Positions 11,587 through 24,505 of a stretch of DNA of 64,000 nucleotides are shown piece after piece. The stretch is from Vitrella brassicaformis CCMP3155 (lineage: Eukaryota; Protista; Chromerida): the NCBI GenBank assembly GCA_001179505.1, contig CDMY01000489.1, positions 3,412-67,411 of the forward strand, in the 5' to 3' direction. The position numbers were made by a program, and so were the translations under genes. Position 1 is the stretch's first letter. Each line of letters begins with the position of its first letter. The notes beneath the pieces were generated by a model. It was not told the origin of the DNA and searched no databases. It saw only the letters and a list, made by a program, of their open reading frames with translations.

Positions 11587-13924
11587 ATGAGAATGCAGCT
11601 GCTTCACTCACCTGCTCTGATCTCGCTTGCCATCGTTGTCGCCTGCATCCTCCCTCTGCCAGCTGTCGTCCTCGCATCGGTCCTCGCCCAATCCGCGCAC
11701 CAGCACACCCATCTCCCACTCACCTTCATCCCACAGAAGCAGCGAAGAGGAAGACGCTCTCGTCGCACATCCAGGCGCAACAGCAGCAGCAGCAGCATCA
11801 GCGAATCCGACATGAGACGCCGACCCACATCTATCCCCGCCCCCCTTTGGCAATCGATGCTCTCCTCCGCTACACAGGGCTTTATCGCGCCCATGGCGAC
11901 GAGAAGGCAGTTGTCTTCCTCGACGAGGAAGCCCCTGTTTGTGCCGCCGTCAGTGTCCAAGGTCATCCAGAAGATATCCATCCGCGATGGGGCCGGGGCA
12001 GAGTCCGAGGCGCGCATCGCCTCCCGGCTGTCGGAGCTGAGCTACCAGAGTGAGGGTGCTCCTGTGACGGCCGAGGTGCAGGAGGGAGGCGCCAGCGCAT
12101 CGGTGGTGGCCAGGCCGACGTATGACGTGCTCAACCCACCACCTGGACCATCGCCATTTGACCAGGTAGGTACCAGAGGCTGGCTGCGATCTGATCTGTC
12201 GATTGATTCATCGATGGGTGGGGTGGATGGATGGATGGTGGCCTTGCGTGGCGTGCAGGTGAAGGATGAGTTGGACATGCTGGCGGACGACGTGCGGGAG
12301 CTGGTGGACACGGACCACCCCGTGCTGAAGCTGGCGGCCTCGCACTTTTTCTCTCTGGCTAGTGGCAAGAAGTTCCGGCCCACCATAGTGATGCTCATGA
12401 GCCAGGCAGTGGAGCGCATCGGCGAGCCGAGAGATGAAGACGTCTACGAGAGGCAGAGGAGACTCGGACAGGTCAAGAGGGAAGCGAACAACACAACACA
12501 TCAGAGAGAGAGAGAGAGATAGGCATGGTGTGTGTGCTGTGCGGGTCAGATAACCGAGATGATCCACACTGCATCTTTGATTCATGACGATGTGTTGGAC
12601 GAGGCGGAGACCAGGAGGGGCAGCGACGCCGTGCACAAGCTATTCAGGTCAACCACACACCCCACACCACGGAACATACCCACCCATGCTATGCCCCACA
12701 CGAGTGTCCCTTCGTTCTCTTCTCCTTCAGCAACAAAGTTGCTGTGTTAGCTGGCGATTTTCTCCTCGCACGTGCGTCCGTCCTGCTGGCCAGACTGGGA
12801 AATGGTATGTATGCCAGTGAGTGGCATCCTCCCCCACACGTGCCTCTGCTGTCGGTTCGGTGGCCGCATCTCACCCCACCCCTCTCTCTTTGCTTGCTGC
12901 TGTGGTGTGCCTGTCTGTCAGTTGAGGTGGTAGAGGTGATGGCGACCGCTTTGGATGCGCTGGTGACTGGCGAGGTCATGCAGGCCAAGGCGCAGCCCAC
13001 TGACCTTGAGTCATTCGACTGGTATGCACAGCACAGCACACAGGCAGACAGACAGACAGACAGAAACATGTGGATGGACTGATGACTCACTCGTGTGGCT
13101 TGACTGCCTGCGTGTGTGTGTGTGTGTAGGTATGTCCGAAAGTCTTATTTCAAGACTGCCTCGCTCATCGCATGCAGCTGCAAATCAGCCGCACTCCTCA
13201 GTCAGCATGAATGACCACACTCACGGCACGGCACGGCACACCACACCACTGAGGGATTCTTGCCTGCCTGAGCCATCCGTGTCGGGTTCCGTCCTGTTTG
13301 CCTTCTCACTGCCTTGCAGGTGGTTATGGGCAGGAGAGCGAGGAGGTGATAGCTGCCGAGAAGTTCGGCTACCACCTCGGCCTCGCCTTCCAGATCGTCG
13401 ACGACCTCCTCGACTTCACACAATCAGCTGACCTCCTCGGTGAGCCAGCCATTCAACGAGCGAGCGAGCCAGCCTGCACCGCACCAAGCACACATCTATC
13501 TGTGTGTGTGTGTGTGTGTGTATTGATTTGATATATGTCAGGGAAGCCAGCTCTGTCGGATCTGAAGAATGGCCACGCGACGGCTCCCATCTTGTATGCG
13601 GCCGAGGAGTACCCCGAGATGGGCCCGTTGATACGGAGGCGGTTCAAGGACAAGGGCGACGTGCAGACCGCACACAAACTGCTCAAACAGTCATCGGTCA
13701 GTCAGTGCCACACATGGGGAAGGGCAGAGGTCTGGTGACGGATCGGATACCATTCTGCCTGCCGTCCTTGCCTTGCGTGTGGTGTGCAGGGTCTGGAGAA
13801 GACCCGTGAGCTGGCTCTCTGGCATGCGAGTCAGGCTGTGGAGTGGCTGTCGAGCTTCCCCGACACCCCCGCCAACCAGGCCCTCGTCAGGCTCACCACC
13901 CAAGTCATCACACGCATCAAGTAA
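11587..13924 (+). CDS. SPS: Long-chain trans-prenyl (solanesyl) diphosphate synthase, probably plastid-targeted
   Basis: [24 protein letters not shown] (FARM), [37 protein letters not shown] (SARM). The N-terminus has a hydrophobic signal peptide followed by an S/R-rich transit-like stretch. Confidence 0.95.
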
Positions 13925-14879
13925 AGTGACCGACGGGCGTGGCGTGTGGTACCTGTGGTGGTCTGCCTGCCTGCCTGCCTGCCTACCTGGATGCCGTGTG
14001 CTGCCTGCGAATGAAGTGCAGTCGGTCGGTCGGCGCTTGTGTTATCTTTTTGGGCGGGGAGGGAGGGAGGGCGGGCGAATGGATGGGCACACGAGTGTGG
14101 GTGAATGGATGGATGGATGGATGGACGAGACGAGTGGGTGCGTGACGTGAAGGGGCAGACAAGGCAAGGGCATTGTGGTTGGTTGGTGTACATATCACTC
14201 ACTCACTCTCTCACTCTCACGGCCAGCCAACCTTGGTTGGGCTCGGTTGGTTGCCTTATTGTGCTGTGCTGTGCTCTCAACACGACAGACACACTGATGT
14301 TGGTTGAGGTTTTGTGACTGAATGCATGGTCAATGGTGAGTGGTGAATGGTGGGCAGGTGCTATGCACGCCGTGATTCATCCATCCTTCCATCTATCTGT
14401 TTTTTCACTGTATAGACCCCCTGCATCCACATACTCGCTGGCTGCGTGAATGGCGCAATCGTTCGGACGGACACGTCGCGCTCTCCACACACATACACAC
14501 ACACACATGCACACACACACGTGCACGACCAGCGTGCAGCGCGTTTGTGTGGGCGTTAGAGCTTGGCGATGGCAGCCTGCCTGGTGTGTGCGTTGTCCGT
14601 CCGTTGTGTGGAGACTGAGTGTGAGCGCCTTGACGCGACAATGACTCGACTCAACTCAAGTGAACAGCATTGACAACGATCCGAGCTCCCTCCCTTTAAT
14701 TAGTCCCTGCCCATGTATATCAGTCAATCAGGACACACACACACAAAAATAGAATACACCCACGTAACTAACGAAATGACGCGATAAAGCAGGCAGACAG
14801 GCAGGCAGGCAGGCAGACAGATAGAGAGGGAAGAGGCTCCTTCTTACAGCCATACACACCACACCCAGACACCCAGACA

Positions 14880-15831
14880 CAGAGTAAGTACGTCCCTCCC
14901 TGTAGCAATTCCTCAGCTACGTCACCTTGAGTACTCAAGTAAGCACACAGGCAGCGACGCAAAAACTGGCGTACAACGACAGGCACCACATGAATGCGAT
15001 TCATCAGCCATGTCGGTTGCCACTCAGACAGACAGACAGACAGACAGACAGACAGGCTCTGTACAAGGACGGCAGGAAGGCAGGCAGGCAGGCAGGCAGA
15101 CGTTGGCAGGTCCCGTTCCCCCCTCACCTGCACGCACACACACGCGCGCACACGCGCACACATGACGCGCACACGAGAACATATAGAATCTTCCTGTGTG
15201 GGTGGGTGGGATGGCTCCCTCACTTGTTGCCCATGTCCAACACGTCTCGCTGGAGCTTGCGCATCAGCTCCTCACCCAGATCTACGCCCACACTGTTGGC
15301 CCGCTCATGGTCACCTGTCCACACAAGCCAGACGCAGCCACACACACCGCATTGATGCGACGGCATTCGTTTCCACCTCCCACATTCTCACCCAGCACTA
15401 TGCCCTTCTTCTTGACGACGGCGTCGACAGCTACCATTGGCAGCTTGCCCACCTTGAGCAGCTCCTTCTCACGCCTGCACACACAACCATGACAGAGACA
15501 CGGGGGCCTAAGACCGTGGCTCTATCCATCCATCCATCTCACTTGGAGAGGCCGCACATGACCTCGGCCGCCACATACCCAAACCCAGGGTCGGTATGCA
15601 GCTGCTCCACATACTCGTCACGCTTGGCCCAGTCTTACACTACGGCGGCCTGCCAGGCGAGCCGCAACACACAAGGGAGAATCACATGCGGCCACATGTG
15701 CATCGCATTGCACATCAGATGCATCCTCGTGGGCCTGCCTGCTGCATGTGTTGGTCGGCGTCTGATCCATTGGCAGTGTCCTGCATGTCGGCCACCTTGC
15801 GCTTGCCCAGGCATCCCTTCATGCAGCTCAT
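14880..15831 (-). CDS. Hypothetical multi-exon protein
   Basis: Exons with GT-AG ends: DWAKRDEYVEQLHTDPGFGYVAAEVMCGLS, REKELLKVGKLPMVAVDAVVKKKGIVLGENVG and DHERANSVGVDLGEELMRKLQRDVLDMGN. The termini are unresolved. Confidence 0.45.
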
Positions 15832-16130
15832 ATCCGCTCCCACCGCCCGTGCCATGAATCAACCCAGGAGAACACCAAGTTGCTAGCGACGATGTGATCT
15901 TCGTTTGGAAGCGCTGCTCCCGACGGAGCGGTTTCACGGAATCCGATCCATTTGCGAGCTTTTTCATTTGCGGACGTTCCGAGAAGCGAGGCATCAGGTG
16001 CTCGCCGTCGATAAGCTGTGCTCTAAGATCTTGCCGGTTTTATCGAAGATCTGATGATGCGGTACCTCATGCTGGTTTCTGTGTCGTGGCTTGAAGAGAG
16101 GCGGTGATTGATTCATACGGACGCCTGGAG

Positions 16131-19100
16131 ATGAAGCCTCTCTACCCTCTTATCATCCCTCTGCTGCACATCTATGTGCATGCTGCCGAGCATCGACAAA
16201 CCAGGCCGGCCTTCGTCGTCGCTCCCCTCAACCGTGTGTCGTCCGCTCCACCTCGTCAGCTCTATCCCCTCCCTCGGCTGCCAAATGATGCCGTCACACA
16301 CATGAGGTCCCTTCCCTCAGCCGCAGTGGAGGTGGATCTTCGCCGTGGCGCGTCAGCAGCTGTTGATCCGCTGTCAACCGACAGCCCGGTCAGGAAGGTG
16401 CGGCAGCGGGTCGTGGTCAAGCTGCCTGAGGAAACCAAGGACAAGGCGTACAGCGTCACTCGGCCATCGCGGGGCCGCCCGTCTTTGCCGTTGCATCGGT
16501 GCTCGAGTGTGGAGAGCCTGCTTGATCTGATTGGCGAGGCTGCGAACAGGACGTCACTGGACGCGCCCACTGTGTCGGCTGCCATCACCACCCTCGCCCG
16601 ACTGGCCACGTCGTCCCGCGAAGGCCGCAGAGGAGCTCATAAGTGGCTGAGTGATGCCCGTGTGGTGGACCTGATCGAGCGGCAGCTGGTGGAGCACCTG
16701 GACGACACGCCTCTCGACTTTGCCGGCAGCCGGGGATGTACACTGTTGTGGGCGCTGGGCATGCTGCAGTGGGACGACAGCAAGGTGCCGGACCGCCTCT
16801 CTGCTGAGGTGCTCGGAGATTTGGACGCCCTCAGCATCAAAGACATGACTCAGGCCACCATCGGCCTCGCAGCTATCCGCTCGGCCACCAGTAGATCACC
16901 GCCCTCTCGCAGGCGTCAGAGGCACGAAGGCATGTACATCGACCTGCTGCTCAAGCAGCTCTCTCAGAGGCTGGTCGACCACTGCCCGCCCGACGTCACA
17001 GATGCCATTGTCCAGACAGCCACGGCCCTGTCGAAAGCTGGTGTGCACAACGTCACTCTTGTCGGTCGGCTGGCGGGCCTGGCACTGCCCCACTTGACCC
17101 CCTCCCTCCCCACCAAGCAGCTGGGGATGCTGCTGTGGGCCATGAGTGTCATGAGCTACCCGGAGGGAGTGTCGCTGCCACAGGGCGGATCCATGGGCGT
17201 CAGGCCCTGGCGATTCGAGCACGGCAAAGTGGTCGAGGAGCTGCTCGAGCGGATTGCCGAGTGGGGGGAGGGGAGGGACTGGGCAGCAGAGGACCCTGAG
17301 ACTGTGGCGTGGGTGGTAGTTGGTGTGGGGCTGTTGGCCTGGAGGCACGACCTACACGGCAAGAAGAAGGGCTATGGACAAGGCAGCAGCGGCGCCACAA
17401 GCATGCTCATGGTAAGTAGGTATTGTACACTACACAGACTCGCGCGCGATTCCCCCTCCCTCGTTTACCTGTTTGCCATCAGGCATTCCTCGAGCGCGTC
17501 GGCGAGGAGGTCGACCTCTCACCATCACGGCTATCTGACCACGGCCTGAGCAACCTGCTCACCGGCCTCTCCAAGGCGTCCATCAGCCCCTCCTCCACAG
17601 CATGGGACCGAATCGCATCATCACTGCTCACGCGCCACCCATCCGACATCAAGCCATGGTGCCTCCTCGCCTGTCTTGTTGCCTTTGGCGAGAACGGCCG
17701 CGCGTCGCCACCTATCATCAGGGCGGCCCAGGAGGCTCTTTCTGAGAGGCTCCTGAGGGAGATCCACACGCTGCGCAGTCACGAGCTGTGCATGATTGCA
17801 CGGAGCATGGCGCGGCTGCGGGTGCGGAACGGCCTGGTGATGGAGAGGATCGCCGCGCAGGCCACCCGGCTGCTGCGGATGGAGCGTCTGCAGCTGTGGG
17901 AGATATCGGTGCTGCTGTGGAGCTTCGCCATCCTGGAGTTCCGCCCGCGTGACTTCCTCGAGTGCAGCCTGGTGCACATGCTGCGTGAGTACCAGATGAG
18001 CGTCCCCGGGAGCGCCGCCTCCAGCCAGGTCAACCTCTACCACCTGGCCAGTGCCGTGTGGAGCTGCGCCAAGCTATTCCCCTTCGCCAGCAGTGATGCC
18101 GAGCAAGATGACCCTTATGAGGCAGAGGGTCTGGCTGGCAGTTCTGAGGGGCAGGGTGAGGATGGTAAGCAGTGGGTGCGTGAGCGTGAGGGTCGGGAGC
18201 CGCGGATGGACTGGCGGCTGGTGCGTCAGTTCATGGTCGACGCCATGAGGATATGCGCCGCCCGCATCGACGAACTCGAACCGTCGGTGAGAGAGATCAA
18301 TGAGAGAGAACAGCCCTTGCACACAACACATGTCACACCGATTGCAATGCGATGCATGTGTGGGTATTGTGTGTGTGTGTTTAGCGTGTGGCGGCCATCG
18401 CGTGGGCGATCCTCAGTCTGCACGTTACGGCCAAGCCCCTTCTCGTCGCCATTGCCGGCCGCATCACGGCGGACCCAACAGCAGCAGCACCCCTTCCCAG
18501 AAGCTCCCCCTACCAGGGCCCCCCGTTCCTGCGTCGGCTGGCCAACCGGCAGCTCGTCACACTTATGACCGCAATCACACGGGGCGGCCTCTTGCATGGA
18601 GCTGTTTGGGACGCATTTCGGCAAGAGATCCATCGCAGGGGCGTCGGGTCCTTCTCACCCAATGCGCTGGTCAACGTGGCGTGGGCCATCAAGAATGGGG
18701 CTGTGTGTGTGGAGCGGAGGTGTGCCAAGAGGAGGAGGATGGAGTCAGATGGGGAAGGGCGTGGGGTGGCTGAGTGGAGGAAGGATGCCGATCTGCTGGT
18801 GTCTTTCGGTCGCGAGCTGTCGTGTGTTGTGAAGGAGGCGTCTCGGCGTGGGTTCCGCGACTTTGCGCCCCGTCGGCTGTGCATGCTGCTGCAGCTGGTG
18901 CCGTGGCTGCTCACCTGCTCGGCTGTGACCATCACCGTGCAGCAGCACAAGGGCGGCAACAGCCACAAGAGCAGCCATTGTGCTGATGATGATGCGTTAT
19001 CGTCTCTCCATTTCCCTCTATCGTTCATCAACGCCGCTCGCGAGTACTTTGCGCAGCGGAACAGGCACCTCAAGTCGACCAAGATAGCGGACCTCTACCT

Positions 19101-19686
19101 GAAGGCGCGGCCACTCCCACTCCCGCCAGAGCTCTTCTCCGACGCACTCGAGCTGCTCGAGATGGAGGCCAGACGAGTGGAACGGGGGAATGATGGCGAT
19201 GAGAGTGAGACGGCCGCAGATGCAACTGCAGAGAAGGCGACATTGGCCGCGTGTGCGAGTGGTGAGGACCCGTCGCACCAGCTGGCGTGGTCGAGCACGG
19301 TGTTCCTGGGTCAGATAGCGTCCGAGGTGCGGCGGCGGGTGCGGTCGTTCACGCCCTATCAGCTGGTGCTGCTGCAGGATACCTGCATCCAGCTGACAGC
19401 ACAGATCGTCCAGCTGCGCCAGTGCCTCAGCACATCGTCGGCCGTGTCGTCAGTGCTGGGCAACTCCATCCTGGCGGCACTGACACAAGTGGTGCAGAAG
19501 ACGGTGGATGGGCTGAGGGAGGAAAGCTATCGGCGGCTGGCGGCGATGAACAACAAGGATGTCGACAAGGAGAGGCGGAAAGATGCGCTGAAGCTGCTGA
19601 CGGTTGAGCTGTCTGCTGAGGAGCTGCAGAGGGCCTTGGGGAAGGTGTCGAAAGTCATTGTGACTGTCAGATACAGAGAGAGATAG
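16131..19686 (+). CDS. Organelle-targeted helical-repeat (OPR/HPR/FASTK-like) RNA-binding protein
   Basis: Three long exons (introns about 17412-17481 and 18287-18385). Recurrent ~37-40 aa units such as LPTKQLGMLLWAMS, LQLWEISVLLWSFAIL, NLYHLASAVWSCAKL and FSPNALVNVAWAI. The leader MKPLYPLIIPLLHIYVHA...PAFVV resembles bipartite plastid targeting. Confidence 0.7.
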
Positions 19687-19949
19687 ATGGATTGATGACG
19701 GACGGACTGTTTGATCATCCCTGTGCCGGTCGAGACTGATACGGACAGACACCAGCGACGCACTGATAGAGACACACGGAAGGACGGTCCAGTTCAGAAG
19801 CAGCGTGTTTCTGTAAGGCCCGTGTCTAGCACATCGGTCCCATTTACGCGGCAACCCCATACGTGACATGCACACAGGCTTTGCACTGTCTGCAAATATA
19901 AAATGTGACTATCGATCATCTCCTCTTCGGGCACTATCATGTCAGCCTT

Positions 19950-20154
19950 CCTTTTCCTGGACCGTAATGCTTTGTCTCCCTCCTCACGATGGGGCAGATG
20001 GATATGGGACTCATAGACGGATGGATGGATGGATGTGACACAGTACGTCCATACGAGATCCATTCTTGCTATCTTGCTCCTCGCTCTTAGCCTGGAGGGC
20101 GCCCGAGCGCCCCAGGCTCACAAAATCGCCCGATCTGCGACTGTTGAGATCCAT
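19950..20154 (-). pseudogene. Truncated 5' copy of the HhH-GPD glycosylase gene
   Basis: MDLNSRRSGDFVSLGRSGALQAKSEEQDSKN versus MDLRRSGRSGARQAKSEEQDSKK; EGDKAL versus EDEKAL. No catalytic exons follow. Confidence 0.7.
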
Positions 20155-21850
20155 CAGTCGTTTTTTTGGGGGGCCCGAGACTGTGGGCGTCTCAGAGAGA
20201 GGTTGTGAGTAATATTAGTGTGCGCGCGAGACTGAGCACGAGTGAGCGTGAGCCGATGAACGGCAGCAGTCAGGAGGAGTGGGAGGCCATGGATGTCGAT
20301 GACCGTGAAGACGCTCTGGAGGGCATCAACTGGTACGTTGTTCATCGGAGTGTTGTTGTTCGTCGGAATAGCATTGTCTTGTCCTCGGTTGGCGTGTGCA
20401 TGGCAGGTCGTCGGCCACGGAGCACGCCGACGAGCCAGGGTATGCTCAGTACGCGGCACACGCACTGCATATATCCTTGAATAAGTCAGTCGATTTCTGG
20501 TGCCCTGTGCCTCTCTTGTCTTTCATAAACTCAGGTGGAGGAGTGTACGCCTGCCCTGGCTCCATCGCATCTGCCCTGGGGCCGACTGGGAGGCCGAGGA
20601 CGAGAGACAGGTGCATGCATATAAACACCGCACATATATATATTGCCCACGGAAATACATAGTGAGAAACATGTCGCTTTTGTTTCTTCTCTTCTCATTT
20701 GCAGCAGCAGCTGCTGCTGCAGCAGCAACAGCAGGAGCAGGAGCAAGGGGCGGCCCCACCTGCCGACGTGGAGGAGCCGGCCGAGGCGGCAGCAGCAGCA
20801 GGAGGGGAAGAAGGCAGCGAGGAGAGGGCTGGGGCAGCTCGGGAGGAAGAGGAGCACGGCTACTACTTGTCCGTGAGAGAGCCGCCGCCGGGGGAGGAAA
20901 GGGAGGCGCTGAGGGAGCGCATCCGGGCGGCCCTCAAAAGGGAAAGGCAGCTGTGCTACGAGGACCCCGCCGCATACTGGGGGAGCCCTGGGCCGGACGA
21001 CATGATCACGGCGTTCATGTCGATGGCCGACAGCGACCCCTTCAAGTGGGGCGGGCCTCGGTGGGTCGGCCCCCTCTCTCCCATGCCGCCTCGGCACAGG
21101 CCGCCCAGCCCCTCCCCTCGCTCCCCATCCCCGCCCCGCAGCAATCGGCCGGCTGCAGGAGAGCCAGCGGCCCATTCGCGNNNNNNNNNNNNNNNNNNNN
21201 NNNNNNNNNNNNNNNNNNNNNNNNNNNNNNNNNNNNNNNNNNNNNNNNNNNNNNNNNNNNNNNNNNNNNNNNNNNNNNNNNNNNNNNNNNNNNNNNNNNN
21301 NNNNNNNNNNNNNNNNNNNNNNNNNNNNNNNNNNNNNNNNNNNNNNNNNNNNNNNNNNNNNNNNNNNNNNNNNNNNNNNNNNNNNNNNNNNNNNNNNNNN
21401 NNNNNNNNNNNNNNNNNNNNNNNNNNNNNNNNNNNNNNNNNNNNNNNNNNNNNNNNNNNNNNNNNNNNNNNNNNNNNNNNGGACGAGGGCGATGAGAGCG
21501 ACGGGGGCGATGAGAGCGAGGAGGGCGGGGCGACCGTCATGGCGTGTGTGGCGGCAATCTATGGGTGTGTGGCGGCAGAGCTGCTGCGGGCCGCCCAGCA
21601 AGTGTTGTGCTGCTTGGCCATTGACATCATCCGCACTTCCAAGGCCGTCGAGCGGGCCCTTCCACTGCACGACCGTGACGAGGGGGGTGACGAGATGGAG
21701 GATCAGCCCCAAGCCGGTGAGGCGCCTGACCAGGCCATGCACCAGGATGATGGCGGCGACCAGCAGCGCCTCGACCCCGCGGGCATCGAGTCGAGTCGGA
21801 GAGGGGCCAAGAGGGGCCGCAATGACGACCGTGACGAGGGGGGGTGACGA
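19950..21850 (+). repeat. Inverted duplicate of about 932-2800 (low-complexity gene, promoter hairpin and 5' end of the glycosylase)
   Basis: 20062-20112 is the reverse complement of about 2635-2683, 20175-20196 of 2559-2580, 20280-21180 of about 1568-2480, and 21481-21845 of about 932-1294. Confidence 0.9.
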
Positions 21851-22058
21851 GATGGGGGATCAGCCTCAGGGCGAGATTCCCGACATGGACATGCCGCCCG
21901 TCGGTCACCCCGGTGGTGATGAGCAGGCCGGAAACGACGCTGACGAGCTCGCTGCCAAGAAACGTCGACGAATTCCGACCGACGAGCAGCCACTGAAGCG
22001 CCTGCGCCGATCTTCACGGCTCCGGAAGCGCAGGAGACGGGAGGAGGGACACGAGTGA
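20256..22058 (+). pseudogene. Low-complexity gene family, copy 3; a homopolymer frameshift removes the basic (NLS-like) tail
   Basis: ORF 20699-21847 stops at GAG GGG GGG TGA, where a G7 run replaces the G6 run of the internal repeat at about 21681. The lost frame continues ...AAKKRRRIPTDEQPLKRLRRSSRLRKRRRREEGHE*. Confidence 0.6.
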
Positions 22059-23220
22059 TCGATTGACCGACAGATCCATCGTGTGTACGTGTTGGAATGT
22101 ATTGGGATGGGGGGATGTAGATCTCTGGAGGTTTTGGCGGTGATCGCAGGCAGTACGTGTGCTGCCTCCTTTCGGCCGCCCTTAGACAGGCAGGCAGGCA
22201 GGCAGGCAGGCAGAAAGGGGGGGAGAGGGAGAGAGATTTCGTGTGTATGGCTCCATCTCTTCCAGACATACAAACTCACTAACTGATGTGCTGTGTAGTG
22301 TTGCATTTTGTGTGTTGATTGACCTGCATACTCACTCATGTGTCTCCTCCATGTGTGCGAATGTGTGTGTGGTGTGTCAGCTGGGAGTGAGTGCTGTTTT
22401 TGTCTCTCTGTGTGCGTGTCCAGCTGGGGCGGGGAGAAGCCCCCTGGGCGGCCCTTTTCGCCCCGATGAGGCCGCGAGGACATCATGGGTGATGTCATGG
22501 CCGAAGGGGCAAGGGGGCATGTGCGTCTGTGAGATGGCCCTTGCATGATAAATATGTCCTCTTGCTCACTTACTCACTCACTTTCTGCGTTGTTCTGCCA
22601 TGTGTGCTGATGGATGGATGGATGACTTGGTTTGTGGAGGGGTGTGTGTGTCGCGGCAGAAATGATAGAGACGCGACACACACAGAGACACAGACAGACG
22701 ATGCATATTATCGATGCGATCCATAGCTATGCGGAGAGACCCCAATGATATGTTGCGTTGATGGATACATGATGCCCCCAAAGACAAGTCCAAGACATTC
22801 GCATGTCTCTGCCAAGGCATTGTCGTCTCACACATCGGTCGCTCCCGTGAGTGCCATCGCAGTCACGTCCAAACGCACATTGACAGTCTTCCGTGAGTGT
22901 TCATTCAAAGCTTCAGCAGACAGAAACGAGGGATCGTCCACAGGAAGCTTACGATGAACAGAGCAAAGTCCGTCCGCAGATATAAAATGTACGCAGCGGT
23001 GTTATCAACATCATAAGCGACGTCATACCGACTGCAACCAAAGCAGAAGAGGCCTCCTACAGGCCCGACTTGGCGCCCCTCGGGTGGCCGTTACATTCAT
23101 CCATCCATCTATTCATCCATCCATCTATCCACCATCCATCCGTCCATGCACACACAAACAAACGGCACGTAGAGACAGATATACGCACATTACTCCCCCC
23201 CATCGGCCGTGACTCCTCAG

Positions 23221-23640
23221 CTATCGGTCGCGGCGCCTCTTGCTGCGGAGGTTGTAGCCCTCGTCACCCCCGTCTCCCCCGTTTCCCTGCCTTGCCACTC
23301 CGCCGCAGAAGGACGCCGCAGAAGCCTCGAGGGCAGCGGCCTCAACCCGCAGCCGAGAGCCCACCCTCTTGCGCTTCTTCTGGCTGCTGGACGCTGTGGC
23401 GGCCTGCTGCTGCTCCACCTGTGGCTGGTGGTCCTGGTTGCGGCCTGGTGGGTCGTCTTCGTCGGCCGGTGGCTGCTCCTGTTGCTCCAGGGGGTCGATG
23501 GGCGGCTGCTGCTGCTCTTCGGGGATGAGCGGTTGCTGAAGGGGAGGCAGCTGCAGCCAGTCCATCTGTCGCTGGACGGGTGGATGAAGCCAGCAGACAA
23601 CCTGGCGGCCAGCGGATGTCCCCGGGATGCAAGAGTCTGA
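23221..23640 (-). CDS. Terminal exon encoding a Gln/Pro/acidic low-complexity tail with basic NLS-like ends, downstream of ADA-like copy A
   Basis: Acceptor tgtgtcag, then DSCIPGTSAGRQVVCWLHPPVQRQMDWLQLPP...KKRKR...YNLRSKRRRDR*. Confidence 0.45.
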   Translation of the reverse strand, partial: SDSCIPGTSAGRQVVCWLHPPVQRQMDWLQLPPLQQPLIPEEQQQPPIDPLEQQEQPPADEDDPPGRNQDHQPQVEQQQAATASSSQKKRKRVGSRLRVEAAALEASAASFCGGVARQGNGGDGGDEGYNLRSKRRRDR

Positions 23641-23871
23641 CACAAGACAAACACAAGACAACCAACCAGCCCCCAGTGAGATAAATGGATGATGCACATA
23701 AATGGACAACGCACCGCCATGCATACCAGATGTGCGACACTTCTTTAGGGGTGGGCCCTCTGCGACGCCTCGGGGAGCACAGCCATATACTGTATGATAT
23801 ACATTGTGTCATTTGTGCACCCTGTCGGTGCCTGCCTGCCTGTCTGTCCGTCTGTCTGTTTGTGAGCCCTC

Positions 23872-24505
23872 TCAGCGTACGTCTATATTGTCTTGACACC
23901 GCCGCCGTCCCTCCCGCATCCCCTCTGGATGGCGGCGAGGACGTTCTCATACGAGTGGCCGTAGTTTGTAGAAGGTGGGCCAGAATTTCAGCTCCAGCAG
24001 CACCACCCCCTGCCGGTAACGGTCCTCGATGGCGTCAGCAACGACCTCTTCGATGACCTCCACCTTCTCTGCACACACACACACACACACACAGACAGAC
24101 AGACAGAGAGATGCAATGCAGGGACCAACTAACTGGCTTGGCTGCTTGCTTGGCTGATCAGCGACTGACTGGCGTACCGAATATCTGTCTCAGGCGGCTC
24201 ATGATGTCGTTCCAGCCGTTGTCCCTTGACCCGATGAAGTGGGCCCGCTGTGCCGCCTCGCCTTCGGGCAGAGGCAGTCCGAGCCTCTTGAACTCCCGCA
24301 CGGCGGTCTCTGGCCGAATGCAGCCCTCCAGGTGGCAACGGAGGTCGGCCTTGGGGAAGTTGGTGAACCTGAAGCGCACACACAAACGCAGGAAGGAGCA
24401 CACCATCGCCATGCATGCAAGAAGGAACGGACAGCTGAGGTCTTCGTGAGCGACGTACCACTCGTCGGGCTCGTGGCCGCCTCGGGTCTGGTCCTGCTTG
24501 GCGCG
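23872..24505 (-). pseudogene. Adenosine-deaminase-like fragment, copy A (frameshifted)
   Basis: FPKADLRCHLEGCIRPET and VVADAIEDRYRQGVVLLELKFWPTF match the ADA N-terminal motifs (PKxELHxHLD; KYxEGVVLxExRYSP). Two indels near 23930-23975 introduce a TGA. Confidence 0.8.

Noticed and set aside
932-21850. Polinton/Maverick or other giant DNA transposon defined by the long inverted arms
   Set aside because: The interior holds only intron-rich host genes. There is no pPolB, integrase, packaging ATPase, capsid or transposase, and the arms themselves are genic.
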